A DNA stretch of 64,000 bases from Eledone cirrhosa (Eukaryota). The notes under the pieces are model-generated. The model saw only the letters and a program-made list of their open reading frames with translations, ran no database searches and was not told the origin of the DNA. This document shows, piece after piece, positions 10,136-24,596 of the stretch. Location: contig OZ024752.1 of NCBI GenBank assembly GCA_964016885.1, positions 42,718,001 to 42,782,000 on the forward strand, written 5' to 3'. The stretch's first letter is position 1; the number at the start of each line of letters is the position of its first letter. The translations under genes were made by a program, and so were the position numbers.

Positions 10136-11042
10136 CAGTTGTTGCCCACCTTTCAGACTTCACGGACCACTAAATTCATGATATTAAATCGCGTGGACCA
10201 CTAATTTGAATTTTTTAAAAAAGATAAATAGATTTGTAAAATAATTGTTTCTACTTTTGGCACAAATCAGCCAGTGCATTACTGGTACTTTATTTTATCG
10301 ACCCCGTAAGGATGAAAGGCAAAGTTAACCTCGGCGGAATTTGAACTCAGATCATAAAGGGCCGTAACTCTATGCGTCAAAAGCATGGCGTCCGACCCTT
10401 TACCGATACTGCCAATCCCATCAAAGAACTTCCATTTTATTGATATGAAATGCACCAATTAAAACATTTTTTAGGGATGTTATAAAATATATTTTAACCA
10501 AATATTATTTATGTTTTATTATTAGTAAAACATAAGGTGCTGGATTGGCAGTATCGGTAGAGGGGCGGACGCTTTGCTTTGCAGCATAGAGTTATGGCCC
10601 TTTGCGGTCTGAGTTCAAATCCCGTTGAGGTTAACTTTGCTTTTCATTCTTACAGGGTCAATAAAATAAAGTACCAGTAACGTACTGGGGTCGATTTAAT
10701 CGACTTTCTCCTCACCCCAAATTTCTTGCCTTGTGCCTATACTAGAAATCATTATTATAAGGGTGGTGGATTGGCAGTATCGGTAGAGAGTCGGACACCA
10801 TGCTTTGATGCATAGAGTTACGGCCCTTGCCATTCTGAGTTTGAATCCCGCCGAGGTTAACTTTGCCTTTCATCCTTACGGGGTCGATAAAATAAAGTAC
10901 CAGTAATGCACTGGGTAATTGCTGGCCTTATGCCAAAAAGTAGAAACAATTATTAATAAAACATAAAAATTGCAAATAATGTCAAAATTTTTCTGCGGAC
11001 CACCAAATTTTTTTTTTTTGGACCACTGGTTGGCAACTGTTG
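10136..11042. mobile_element. hAT (Charlie-like) non-autonomous element containing three nested SINEs
   Basis: Imperfect TIRs CAGTTGTTGCCCACC / GGTTGGCAACTGTTG. 8-bp TSD CTCTACAG / CTCTACAC. SINEs at about 10243-10420 (-), 10535-10755 (+) and 10760-10955 (+). Confidence 0.6.
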
Positions 11043-11144
11043 CTCTACACACTACAACCTCCACATAAGCAGCATGTGGTTTTATCATAGCTGTTACCAG
11101 GTGTTAATTATAGCAATATATACTACAGTAACAAATGTTACAAT

Positions 11145-11678
11145 AATAATGTGATGCGTATGAAGGATGACAGCTGCATAAAAAGGTACAGAGCACTAGA
11201 AGCCAATGGAAACCGCGGAGTGGGGGAGACACAAGAAGACCTGGGATGAGGTGATAGGGGCCGACCTTACTCAGTTGCACCTCTCAAAGGCGATGACACA
11301 CGACCGTGACCTCTGGCGTCACGCAGTAATACAGAGTACCCGACCTCCCATGGGTACAAGCTGAAGCATATAGACAATATGCCCCTACACCCTCCCACTG
11401 CAAAGTGGTCGTGGAGGTGCCACGGCAAAAAAGCACCCAGCCCACACTGTAAAGTGGACGCGTAGGCGCCACGGAAAAAAGCACCCAGCACTCACTGTAA
11501 ATGAGGTTGGTGTTAGGAAGGGCATCCAGCTGTAGAAACCAAGCCAAAATCAGTTCCTGTATGAGCAAGGCATGGTCAGCCGACCAGACACTGCCCACAA
11601 CAGGACAACCAGTCTAACCCATGCTAGCATGGAAGAACGGACCTAAGACGGTGATGATGATGATGATGATGATGATGA
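11145..11678 (+). mobile_element. RTE-like LINE fragment fused to an RTE-tailed SINE body ending in (GAT)n
   Basis: Decayed VMRMKDD..GRHKKTW segment, then AGGAAGGGCATCCAGC and a GGACCTAAGACGG(TGA)n tail. Similar fragment at 57160-57310. Confidence 0.65.
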
Positions 11679-12584
11679 TTAAATAGATTTGTGATAAATT
11701 ATACCTTAAACATATTGAACTATGAAGCTATGCATGTATATACACATTATTGAAGCAATGCATACAAAAATGGCAATATAGTGGTATAATGCTGCATATA
11801 TATATGCACATTTTTAAGTAATGCATACAAAATCGTCCATGCTGTGGTATAATGCTACAATGAAGCTATGCACATTATTGAAGCAGCGCATACAAAATCG
11901 TCCATGATGTGGTATGATGCTACAATGAAGCTATGCACGTGTGTATGCAGTTGTATAATGCTGCAATGAAGCTATGCATGTATATGCACATTATTGAAGC
12001 AGTGCATACAAAAACGTCCATGCAGTTGTATGATGCTCCATTGAAGCTATGCATGTGTGTACATACTGTAGAAGAGCTCAAAGAACTTAAGACTAAGTGA
12101 AACATATCAAATGCATATGTTCGAAGCAGGTGCATGTTTTATAAGTTCATGTTAATAAAAGACCAAATTCACTACTATGTTATCTTTTAATGTTAAAAGA
12201 TTTCAAATGTATCATCACCACCACCACCACCACCACTATCATCATCATCACTATCATCATCACCACCACCATCACCACTATCATCATCACCACCATCACC
12301 ACCACTATCATCATCATCACTACCATCATCATATGTCTGCTTTTCCAGCAGTGCTTGCATTCCCTTGTCATCTCCTTTATACAGGATCAATTCTCACTAC
12401 TTCTACCCAGGTCTTCCTTTGTCTTCCTATACTGCAGCTGCCTTCTGCTGTGATCTCTTGGCACTTCTTTACTCAACAATAACTAGACACAACTACATTG
12501 GTTACTGACTATATGAACAATCAAACTGGGCAATTTGTGTTTTGATATAAATTGTTTGCATAAGAGAAATCCTATAGTTTATAT

Positions 12585-15500
12585 TAACCCTTTAGCATTT
12601 AAACCAACTGTATCTGACCAGAACTCTCTCACCTCTTTCTGTTTAAACTGGTTGTATCCAGTCAGAACTCTCACTTCTTTCTGTTTAAACCAACTGTATC
12701 TGACCAGAACCCTCTCACCTCTTTCTGTTTAAACCGGCTGTTTCCAGTCAGAACTCTCACTTCTTTCTGTTTAAACCAACTGTATCCAGTCAGAACTCTC
12801 ACTTCTTTCTGTTTAAACCAACTGTATCTGACCAGAACCCTCTCACCTCTTTCTGTTTAAACCGGCTGTATCCAGTCAGAACTCTCACTTCTTTCTGTTT
12901 AAACCAACTGTATCTGACCAGAACTCTCTCACCTCTTTCTGTTTAAACCAACTGTATCTGACCAGAACTCTCTCACCTCTTTCTGTTTAAACCAACTGTA
13001 TCTGACCAGAACTCTCTCACCTCTTTCTGTTTAAACCAACTGTATCTGACCAGAACCCTCTCACCTCTTTCTGTTTAAACCGGTTGTATCCAGTCAGAAC
13101 TCTCACTTCTTTCTGTTTAAACCAACTGTATCTGACCAGAACCCTCTCACCTCTTTCTGTTTAAACCGGTTGTATCCAGTCACAACTCTCACTTCTTTCT
13201 GTTTAAACCAACTGTATCTGACCAGAACTCTCTCACCTCTTTCTGTTTAAACCAACTGTATCTGACCAGAACTCTCTCACCTCTTTCTGTTTAAACCAAC
13301 TGTATCTGACCAGAACTCTCTCACCTCTTTCTGTTTAAACCAACTGTATCTGACCAGAACTCTCTCACCTCTTTCTGTTTAAACCAACTGTATCTGACCA
13401 GAACCCTCTCACCTCTTTCTGTTTAAACCGGTTGTATCCAGTCAGAACTCTCACTTCTTTCTGTTTAAACCAACTGTATCTGACCAGAACTCTCTCACCT
13501 CTTTCTGTTTAAACCAACTGTATCTGACCAGAACTCTCTCACCTCTTTCTGTTTAAACCAACTGTATCTGACCAGAACTCTCTCACCTCTTTCTGTTTAA
13601 ACCAACTGTATCTGACCAGAACCCTCTCACCTCTTTCTGTTTAAACCGGTTGTATCCAGTCAGAACTCTCACTTCTTTCTGTTTAAACCAACTGTATCTG
13701 ACCAGAACCCTCTCACCTCTTTCTGTTTAAACCGGTTGTATCCAGTCACAACTCTCACTTCTTTCTGTTTAAACCAACTGTATCTGACCAGAACTCTCTC
13801 ACCTCTTTCTGTTTAAACCAACTGTATCTGACCAGAACTCTCTCACCTCTTTCTGTTTAAACCAACTGTATCTGACCAGAACTCTCTCACCTCTTTCTGT
13901 TTAAACCAACTGTATCTGACCAGAACTCTCTCACCTCTTTCTGTTTAAACCAACTGTATCTGACCAGAACCCTCTCACCTCTTTCTGTTTAAACCGGTTG
14001 TATCCAGTCAGAACTCTCACTTCTTTCTGTTTAAACCAACTGTATCTGACCAGAACTCTCTCACCTCTTTCTGTTTAAACCAACTGTATCTGACCAGAAC
14101 TCTCTCACCTCTTTCTGTTTAAACCAACTGTATCTGACCAGAACTCTCTCACCTCTTTCTGTTTAAACCAACTGTATCTGACCAGAACTCTCTCACCTCT
14201 TTCTGTTTAAACCAACTGTATCTGACCAGAACCCTCTCACCTCTTTCTGTTTAAACCGGTTGTATCCAGTCAGAACTCTCACTTCTTTCTGTTTAAACCA
14301 ACTGTATCTGACCAGAACTCTCTCACCTCTTTCTGTTTAAACCAACTGTATCTGACCAGAACTCTCTCACCTCTTTCTGTTTAAACCAACTGTATCTGAC
14401 CAGAACCCTCTCACCTCTTTCTGTTTAAACCGGTTGTATCCAGTCAGAACTCTCACTTCTTTCTGTTTAAACCAACTGTATCTGACCAGAACTCTCTCAC
14501 CTCTTTCTGTTTAAACCAACTGTATCTGACCAGAACTCTCTCACCTCTTTCTGTTTAAACCAACTGTATCTGACCAGAACTCTCTCACCTCTTTCTGTTT
14601 AAACCAACTGTATCTGACCAGAACTCTCTCACCTCTTTCTGTTTAAACCAACTGTATCTGACCAGAACCCTCTCACCTCTTTCTGTTTAAACCGGTTGTA
14701 TCCAGTCAGAACTCTCACTTCTTTCTGTTTAAACCAACTGTATCTGACCAGAACCCTCTCACCTCTTTCTGTTTAAACCGGTTGTATCCAGTCAGAACTC
14801 TCACTTCTTTCTGTTTAAACCAACTGTATCTGACAAGAACTCTCTCACCTCTTTCTGTTTAAACCAACTGTATCTGACCAGAACTCTCTCACCTCTTTCT
14901 GTTTAAACCAACTGTATCTGACCAGAACTCTCTCACCTCTTTCTGTTTAAACCAACTGTATCTGACCAGAACTCTCTCACCTCTTTCTGTTTAAACCAAC
15001 TGTATCTGACCAGAACCCTCTCACCTCTTTCTGTTTAAACCGGTTGTATCCAGTCAGAACTCTCACTTCTTTCTGTTTAAACCAACTGTATCTGACCAGA
15101 ACTCTCTCACCTCTTTCTGTTTAAACCAACTGTATCTGACCAGAACTCTCTCACCTCTTTCTGTTTAAACCAACTGTATCTGACCAGAACTCTCTCACCT
15201 CTTTCTGTTTAAACCAACTGTATCTGACCAGAACCCTCTCACCTCTTTCTGTTTAAACCGGTTGTATCCAGTCAGAACTCTCACTTCTTTCTGTTTAAAC
15301 CAACTGTATCTGACCAGAACCCTCTCACCTCTTTCTGTTTAAACCGGTTGTATCCAGTCACAACTCTCACTTCTTTCTGTTTAAACCAACTGTATCTGAC
15401 CAGAACTCTCTCACCTCTTTCTGTTTAAACCAACTGTATCTGACCAGAACTCTCTCACCTCTTTCTGTTTAAACCAACTGTATCTGACCAGAACTCTCTC

Positions 15501-17920
15501 ACCTCTTTCTGTTTAAACCAACTGTATCTGACCAGAACTCTCTCACCTCTTTCTGTTTAAACCAACTGTATCTGACCAGAACCCTCTCACCTCTTTCTGT
15601 TTAAACCGGTTGTATCCAGTCAGAACTCTCACTTCTTTCTGTTTAAACCAACTGTATCTGACCAGAACTCTCTCACCTCTTTCTGTTTAAACCAACTGTA
15701 TCTGACCAGAACTCTCTCACCTCTTTCTGTTTAAACCAACTGTATCTGACCAGAACTCTCTCACCTCTTTCTGTTTAAACCAACTGTATCTGACCAGAAC
15801 TCTCTCACCTCTTTCTGTTTAAACCAACTGTATCTGACCAGAACCCTCTCACCTCTTTCTGTTTAAACCGGTTGTATCCAGTCAGAACTCTCACTTCTTT
15901 CTGTTTAAACCAACTGTATCTGACCAGAACTCTCTCACCTCTTTCTGTTTAAACCAACTGTATCTGACCAGAACTCTCTCACCTCTTTCTGTTTAAACCA
16001 ACTGTATCTGACCAGAACCCTCTCACCTCTTTCTGTTTAAACCGGTTGTATCCAGTCAGAACTCTCACTTCTTTCTGTTTAAACCAACTGTATCTGACCA
16101 GAACTCTCTCACCTCTTTCTGTTTAAACCAACTGTATCTGACCAGAACTCTCTCACCTCTTTCTGTTTAAACCAACTGTATCTGACCAGAACTCTCTCAC
16201 CTCTTTCTGTTTAAACCAACTGTATCTGACCAGAACTCTCTCACCTCTTTCTGTTTAAACCAACTGTATCTGACCAGAACCCTCTCACCTCTTTCTGTTT
16301 AAACCGGTTGTATCCAGTCAGAACTCTCACTTCTTTCTGTTTAAACCAACTGTATCTGACCAGAACCCTCTCACCTCTTTCTGTTTAAACCGGTTGTATC
16401 CAGTCAGAACTCTCACTTCTTTCTGTTTAAACCAACTGTATCTGACAAGAACTCTCTCACCTCTTTCTGTTTAAACCAACTGTATCTGACCAGAACTCTC
16501 TCACCTCTTTCTGTTTAAACCAACTGTATCTGACCAGAACTCTCTCACCTCTTTCTGTTTAAACCAACTGTATCTGACCAGAACTCTCTCACCTCTTTCT
16601 GTTTAAACCAACTGTATCTGACCAGAACCCTCTCACCTCTTTCTGTTTAAACCGGTTGTATCCAGTCAGAACTCTCACTTCTTTCTGTTTAAACCAACTG
16701 TATCTGACCAGAACTCTCTCACCTCTTTCTGTTTAAACCAACTGTATCTGACCAGAACTCTCTCACCTCTTTCTGTTTAAACCAACTGTATCTGACCAGA
16801 ACTCTCTCACCTCTTTCTGTTTAAACCAACTGTATCTGACCAGAACTCTCTCACCTCTTTCTGTTTAAACCAACTGTATCTGACCAGAACCCTCTCACCT
16901 CTTTCTGTTTAAACCGGTTGTATCCAGTCAGAACTCTCACTTCTTTCTGTTTAAACCAACTGTATCTGACCAGAACCCTCTCACCTCTTTCTGTTTAAAC
17001 CGGTTGTATCCAGTCAGAACTCTCACTTCTTTCTGTTTAAACCAACTGTATCTGACCAGAACTCTCTCACCTCTTTCTGTTTAAACCAACTGTATCTGAC
17101 CAGAACTCTCTCACCTCTTTCTGTTTAAACCAACTGTATCTGACCAGAACTCTCTCACCTCTTTCTGTTTAAACCAACTGTATCTGACCAGAACCCTCTC
17201 ACCTCTTTCTGTTTAAACCGGTTGTATCCAGTCAGAACTCTCACTTCTTTCTGTTTAAACCAACTGTATCTGACCAGAACTCTCTCACCTCTTTCTGTTT
17301 AAACCAACTGTATCTGACCAGAACCCTCTCACCTCTTTCTGTTTAAACCGGTTGTATCCAGTCAGAACTCTCACTTCTTTCTGTTTAAACCAACTGTATC
17401 TGACCAGAACTCTCTCACCTCTTTCTGTTTAAACCAACTGTATCTGACCAGAACTCTCTCACCTCTTTCTGTTTAAACCAACTGTATCTGACCAGAACTC
17501 TCTCACCTCTTTCTGTTTAAACCAACTGTATCTGACCAGAACCCTCTCACCTCTTTCTGTTTAAACCGGTTGTATCCAGTCAGAACTCTCACTTCTTTCT
17601 GTTTAAACCAACTGTATCTGACCAGAACCCTCTCACCTCTTTCTGTTTAAACCGGTTGTATCCAGTCAGAACTCTCACTTCTTTCTGTTTAAACCAACTG
17701 TATCTGACCAGAACTCTCTCACCTCTTTCTGTTTAAACCAACTGTATCTGACCAGAACTCTCTCACCTCTTTCTGTTTAAACCAACTGTATCTGACCAGA
17801 ACTCTCTCACCTCTTTCTGTTTAAACCAACTGTATCTGACCAGAACTCTCTCACCTCTTTCTGTTTAAACCAACTGTATCTGACCAGAACTCTCTCACCT
17901 CTTTCTGTTCAAATCAGCTG
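12585..17920 (+). repeat. 44/42-bp minisatellite (about 120 monomers) derived from the MITE left end
   Basis: Starts with the MITE TIR TTAACCCTTTAGCA. Monomers TTTAAACCAACTGTATCTGACCAGAACTCTCTCACCTCTTTCTG and TTTAAACCGGTTGTATCCAGTCAGAACTCTCACTTCTTTCTG. Confidence 0.95.
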
Positions 17921-18589
17921 TTGTTAAACTACTTGGGAAAATTCCTATGAGGTTGTAAACCGTAGCAATAACTATAATAATATGAATGTGTAAATGTTTA
18001 AAATCCAATCCAATACCATCTTAATGTAAATTAACCCTTTTAATAGCAAACCAGTTGAAACCACCTCTGGTTTAATGATAAAAAAAACCCTTTAGCATTT
18101 AAACCGGTCGTATCTGACCAAAACTCTATCATCTCTTTCTGTTTACCTGGAGATGAGGGTTGCACATTTTTTCAGGGGTATGTGTTACCCATATAAACTG
18201 TCTCCCCCTATTGGGGAAAATCGACTAATTTTTTTAATTACATTTGTGATAACATTTTACACGTTTTTATTGTATGTAAACTTCCCCCTTTGTATTTGTC
18301 CCCTTCTTTTGTGCCCCTGTGGCTAATAAAGAAACATATCATCTCTTGGCTGTATCTGGTTGCTCATACCTACATTAAGGTATTGTTCTCAAAATAAATA
18401 ACATCAATATCTCACAGCTTGAATGTGAGATGATTATGTAAGGTAAAGCCTTTACCATGAAAATACTATAGTAAATATAGAATAAGGTAAATGCTAAAGG
18501 TTAATTACTGAAATGGGGAAGTAAGGATAATATTTTAATAATTTATTTCTAGGATATAATTGCACAATTGTTCAGCAAATAATTAATTG

Positions 18590-18815
18590 TTAACCCGTTA
18601 GCATTTACATTACTTTATATTTATTATTGTATTTTCATGGTAAAAACTTTATTTCACATAATTATCTTACATAATATCGAATCTACGAAATTTTGATATT
18701 ATTTATTTTGAGAACAATACCTTAACATAAATATGAGTAGCAGTTACGGCCGCTTTGAACAGAAAGAGGTAGAGAATTCTGGCCTGTTATAGCCAGTTTA
18801 AATGCTAAATGGTTA
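18590..18815 (-). mobile_element. TTAA/piggyBac-type MITE copy
   Basis: TTAACCCGTTAGCATTTA...TAAATGCTAAATGGTTAG. Reverse of the 29176-29403 copy. Confidence 0.75.
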
Positions 18816-18976
18816 GTAATTGTTAAAGTCCTTTTGTCACACCCTGTAACCTTATAACAATTGTCTTCTGTATCTCCTATTCGTCCACACTTATTCCATT
18901 TTTCTGTCTTCTTTTAGAGCCTTATGCCTGGATGTTGTGTACACATTTCACTATTTCTTTCTGTTTCATATTGCAG

Positions 18977-19339
18977 AACTCCCTGAAAGAGAACAAGCAT
19001 TCAATTCAATACATTTGGTGTATTAAGAAAAAGAAAAGGAAAAAACAAACACAAAACAAAACAAACAAACAACAACAACAATAAAAGATGGATTTTGGAA
19101 TAGAAGATAGTATATTGTTTGTTACTATGTCTAAGCTATAAATATAAACCAATATTTTTTTGAACTGTATAAAAAAGGTAAACTATGAATTTAGAAATCA
19201 GCTTAACAGTTTTGGTGTCATTAAATACAGCATGTTAATTATACATCACTGGCAACCACCTTGAAGCTTGTGTCTGAAGAATTAGAGCTATTTTGACTTG
19301 TGTATTTATTACATCACCCACCTCCACCAAACAAACAGC
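18977..19339 (+). other. NDST: Probable 5' UTR part of the first NDST coding exon, with short uORFs
   Basis: Polypyrimidine tract plus ttgcag ending at 18976 (alternative acceptor ttttag ending at 18917). Unique non-repeat sequence up to the ATG. Upstream ATGs at 19088, 19185 and 19232. Confidence 0.55.
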
Positions 19340-20344
19340 ATGTATAGTAGACGCTGTTTCGTTTGGTTAAAAAATAGTCTTGTGTGGAAAAGTAATTTCC
19401 GCAAATGTTCATGGACGAAGATTCTGATAGCATTATTCAGTCTATCGTCATTAAGTTTCCTTGCATATCAATGTTTTAATGTACATTCTAATGTGAAAAG
19501 ACACGAGATTCCCGTGTCGACGATTGAATGCCGCTTGAATCCTATTAGTGGCGGCATGTTTAGCCCTAGTGATCATTCCTCCAACAATAATCATCGCATA
19601 GACAACAAAGTTCTTGTCATTGTGGAGACTCAATATTCATATCTTGGACAGGAAATCATCTATTTACTAGAAGCAATACGGGTAAAATACAAAATTGAGC
19701 CGAATGGCAAGACACTGCCATATTTAACACATGGAGATAAAGGAAAGTACAGCACTATAATATTTGAAAATTTCGAGGCTTATGTTAACATGGACGCTTG
19801 GAATAGAGAACTACTTGACAAATACTGTCGAGATTTTAACGTAGGAATTATATCTTTTTTTGCAAGTCGAGATAACTCTGCTTATGCTAAACGAATTAAA
19901 GACTTTCCCCTCACGATTTACCAATACATGGCAATCGAAGATTACGAACTTAATCCCATGTCAAATATATGGCGGATTACGCGACCTGGAGAAATAATCC
20001 GAGGACCTTTAAAAGATGATGAATGGGTCTTATTCCAATTTGAACATGCAACTTATAAACCACTTTCTTATGCCAAACTGTCAAGGAATTACAGACGCTA
20101 CTCAAAACTTTCTGGAAACGCTGTCTTTCCAGCTATCCAAGATTTGGGACTTCTGGATGGAATACAGAAAGTTATTTTTGGGAACGGATTAAGATTCTGG
20201 CTCCATTGCCTTATGTTCCTAGATAGCCTGTCCTACCTGTCACATGGGAAGCTGAGTACACCTTTAGATCGTTATGTTCTCATTGACATTGATGATGTCT
20301 TTGTTGGAGCGGCTGGCAAACGGATGAAAGCCTCTGATGTTCAT
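19340..20344 (+). CDS. NDST: Heparan sulfate N-deacetylase/N-sulfotransferase (NDST/sulfateless), first coding exon
   Basis: ATG at 19340, 335 codons. N-terminal hydrophobic type II anchor (ILIALFSLSSLSFLAY). NDST motifs VLVIVETQYS, LPYLT..DKGKY..IIFEN, WNRELLDKYC, QDLGLLDGIQKVIFGN.L.FWLH, LDRYVLIDIDDVFVG. Ends at CAT|GTAAGT, phase 0. Confidence 0.96.
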
Positions 20345-20477
20345 GTAAGTATCTATATATATATATAAATTTCTGTGATACTGTAACGACATGTAAAGAG
20401 AGAGGAGTAGTTTGACTACCTCATACTACTCCTCTCTCTTAATATAGGTTAAAGGTTAAAGCTAAATATTTCTCATA

Positions 20478-20825
20478 TTATCATCATCATCATCATCATT
20501 TTACGTCCGCTTTTCCCTGCTTGCAAGGGTGGGATGGGAACTGATTCTGGCTTGATTTCTACAGCTGGATGCCCTTCCTAACACCAACCTCATTTACAGT
20601 GAGTGCTGGGTGCTTTTTTTTGCTGTGGCACCTCCACGTCCACTTTACAGTGGAATGATAGGGACCCCAGTCCCTATCATCTCATTTCTACAGCTGAGTA
20701 AACTGGAGCAATGTGAAATAAAGTGTCTTGCTCAAGGAAACAACACATCACCCGGTCTAAAATTTGAACTCACAGCCTTTTGGATGCAAGGCCAATGCTC
20801 TAACCACTAGGCTATGTGCCTCCAT
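20478..20825 (-). mobile_element. Composite tRNA-head SINE with RTE-derived tail
   Basis: Reverse complement of 57911-58250, with a (CAT)n tail. Confidence 0.85.
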
Positions 20826-20981
20826 CTATATATATATAAATTTCTATGATTCTGTCACAACATGTAAAGAGAGAGGAGTTTGATTACCTCATACTACTCC
20901 TCTCTCTCTTTACGCCTGCTACCTGCTTGAATATATGTGTGTAAAAGGAAGGCAGGGGATGGTGAAAAAACTATAGCAAAA

Positions 20982-21178
20982 TAATTGTTTCTACTTTTTG
21001 GCACAAGGCCAGCAATTACCCCAGTACATTACTGGTACTCTATTTTATCGACCCCCATAAGGATGAAAGGCAAAGTTAACCTCGGCGGGGTTCGAACTCA
21101 GAATGGCAAGGGCCGTAACTCTATGCGTCAAAGCATGGTGTCCGATCCTCTTCCGATACTGCCAATCCACCGCCCTTA
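20982..21178 (-). mobile_element. tRNA-derived SINE (family S1), full length
   Basis: A box TGGCAGTATCGG and B box GTTCGAACC on the - strand. Flanking direct repeat AAAACTATAGCAAAATAAT. About 18 S1 copies or fragments occur in the window. Confidence 0.88.
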
Positions 21179-21402
21179 AAACTATAGCAAAATAATGGAT
21201 GGTGTTCCATTTGTTATGCTGTGTATGTGTGTGTGTATGTTTGTGTATATCTGAGTGTGTATTTTTCTAAGTGTGTCTGTGTTTGCACGTTTATATTTAC
21301 ATACTCATACATATAAATATATGCATATGTACATACACACACATACACATCAATATTTTGAAAAAAAATCCTAGTATATATATATTTATATATGTATAGA
21401 GT

Positions 21403-21822
21403 TTAATCTTTTAGCATTTAAACTGGATGTATCTAGAAAGAATTCTCTCACCTTTAACTGGACACTCATACTGATGTTAAGGTATTGTTCTCAAAATAAA
21501 TAACATTAAAATGTCATAGATTTGATATCATGTGAGATAATTATGTAAGATAAAGCCTTTACCGTGAAAATATAATAGTAAATATAGATTAATGAAAATA
21601 CTAAAGGGTTAAACTAGCTGTATCTGGCCAGAATTCTCTCACGTTTTTCTGCTCAAACCAGCCATAACTGGCTGCTCATACTGACATTAAGGTATTGTTC
21701 TCAAAATAAATAACATCAAAATCTTGTAGATTTAATATCATGTGAAATAATTATGTAAGATAAAGCCTTTACTGTGAAAATACAATAGTATATATAGAGT
21801 AATGTAAATGCTAAAGAGTTAA
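21403..21822 (+). mobile_element. Two tandem TTAA MITE copies
   Basis: Two units, each ending CTAAAG(G/A)GTTAA. Confidence 0.75.
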
Positions 21823-22080
21823 ACCAAAATGTCAGCACACTGTTCTCTTTCATTTGGTGTAAATATTTTCACTGTACACACATTGTTCATGTTTACATCT
21901 GTCTTGCTAATCATGTCTTAATATTTATATATCATCATGAAGGCTTAGTGGTTAGCGCATCGGGCTTACAATTGTGAGGTTGTAAGTTCGATTTTCGGAC
22001 TGGGCTTTGCATTGTGTTTTTGAGCAAAACACTTTATTTCAGGTTGCTTGTAATTACAATATACTCAGTGTATTAAACTT

Positions 22081-22360
22081 GGAGGTGGGGTGTGTGTGTG
22101 TGTGTGTGCATTGATGGAGGTGGGGGTGCTTTGGTGGGAGGGGTGCATTGATGGAGGTGGGGGTGTGTGCATTGATGGAGGTGTGTGTGTGTGTGGGGGC
22201 ATTGATGGAGGTGGGGGTGGGGTGCATCGATGGAGGTGGGGGGGGGGTGCCTTGATGGCGGTGGGGGTGCATCGATGGAGGTGGAGGGGGTGCATTGATG
22301 GAGGTGGGGGTGGTGCATTGATGGAGGGGTGTGTGTTGGAGTGGAGGGGAGGGGGTATAT
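22081..22360 (+). repeat. G-rich degenerate minisatellite (GCATTGATGGAGGTGGGGGT)
   Basis: About 10 variable units with G-runs. Confidence 0.8.
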
Positions 22361-22541
22361 GATGCTTGCTGATGGAGGCAACATCCTACTGTGGGAGAAG
22401 CAAGTAACTAGGTCGTGGGGGGGTGGCTCTGAGGTTGGTTGGTACGGTGCCTAATATATTGTGGGATGACTTTCTGTGGACAAATGGAAACATTGTTTCC
22501 TTGGTTGGATCAGATGATCAGCTCTTTTCTTTTTCTACATT

Positions 22542-24226
<1,685 letters not shown>

Positions 24227-24329
24227 AAAACCTGTAGATGTCTTTAAATTGTAAGGGTTAACCTTATTGTTGCTATTTAGAACAGGAAACTAAATAGACA
24301 GGGATGTGTATGCATGAATGCCTTATCGT

Positions 24330-24364
<35 letters not shown>

Positions 24365-24596
24365 ATTTGTGTACAAACACTTGACATTCTAGTTGAGTAT
24401 AGTGGGGTAAAGTTTAATTCCTATTCAGTGAATTACTTACAAGACCTTTTTGTCAAGTTGTAAAACAGCTGTTATAGAAACAGTGTATGCTTCATTAACC
24501 CTTTAATGTTCAACAGAATTCTCTACGTCTTTCTGTTGAAACTGGCTGTAACTGGTCGCTCAAACTGATGTTAAGGTATTTTTCTCAAAATAAATA

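Noticed and set aside
12585-17920. CRISPR-like appearance of regular repeats (also 24703-25861, 34055-37670, 60462-62325)
   Set aside because: Head-to-tail units with no unique spacers, no cas genes and a eukaryotic intron context.
19298-20368. ORF-track boundaries for NDST
   Set aside because: The TTG start and read-through past the GTAAGT donor do not fit a eukaryotic gene. The coding part is 19340-20344.
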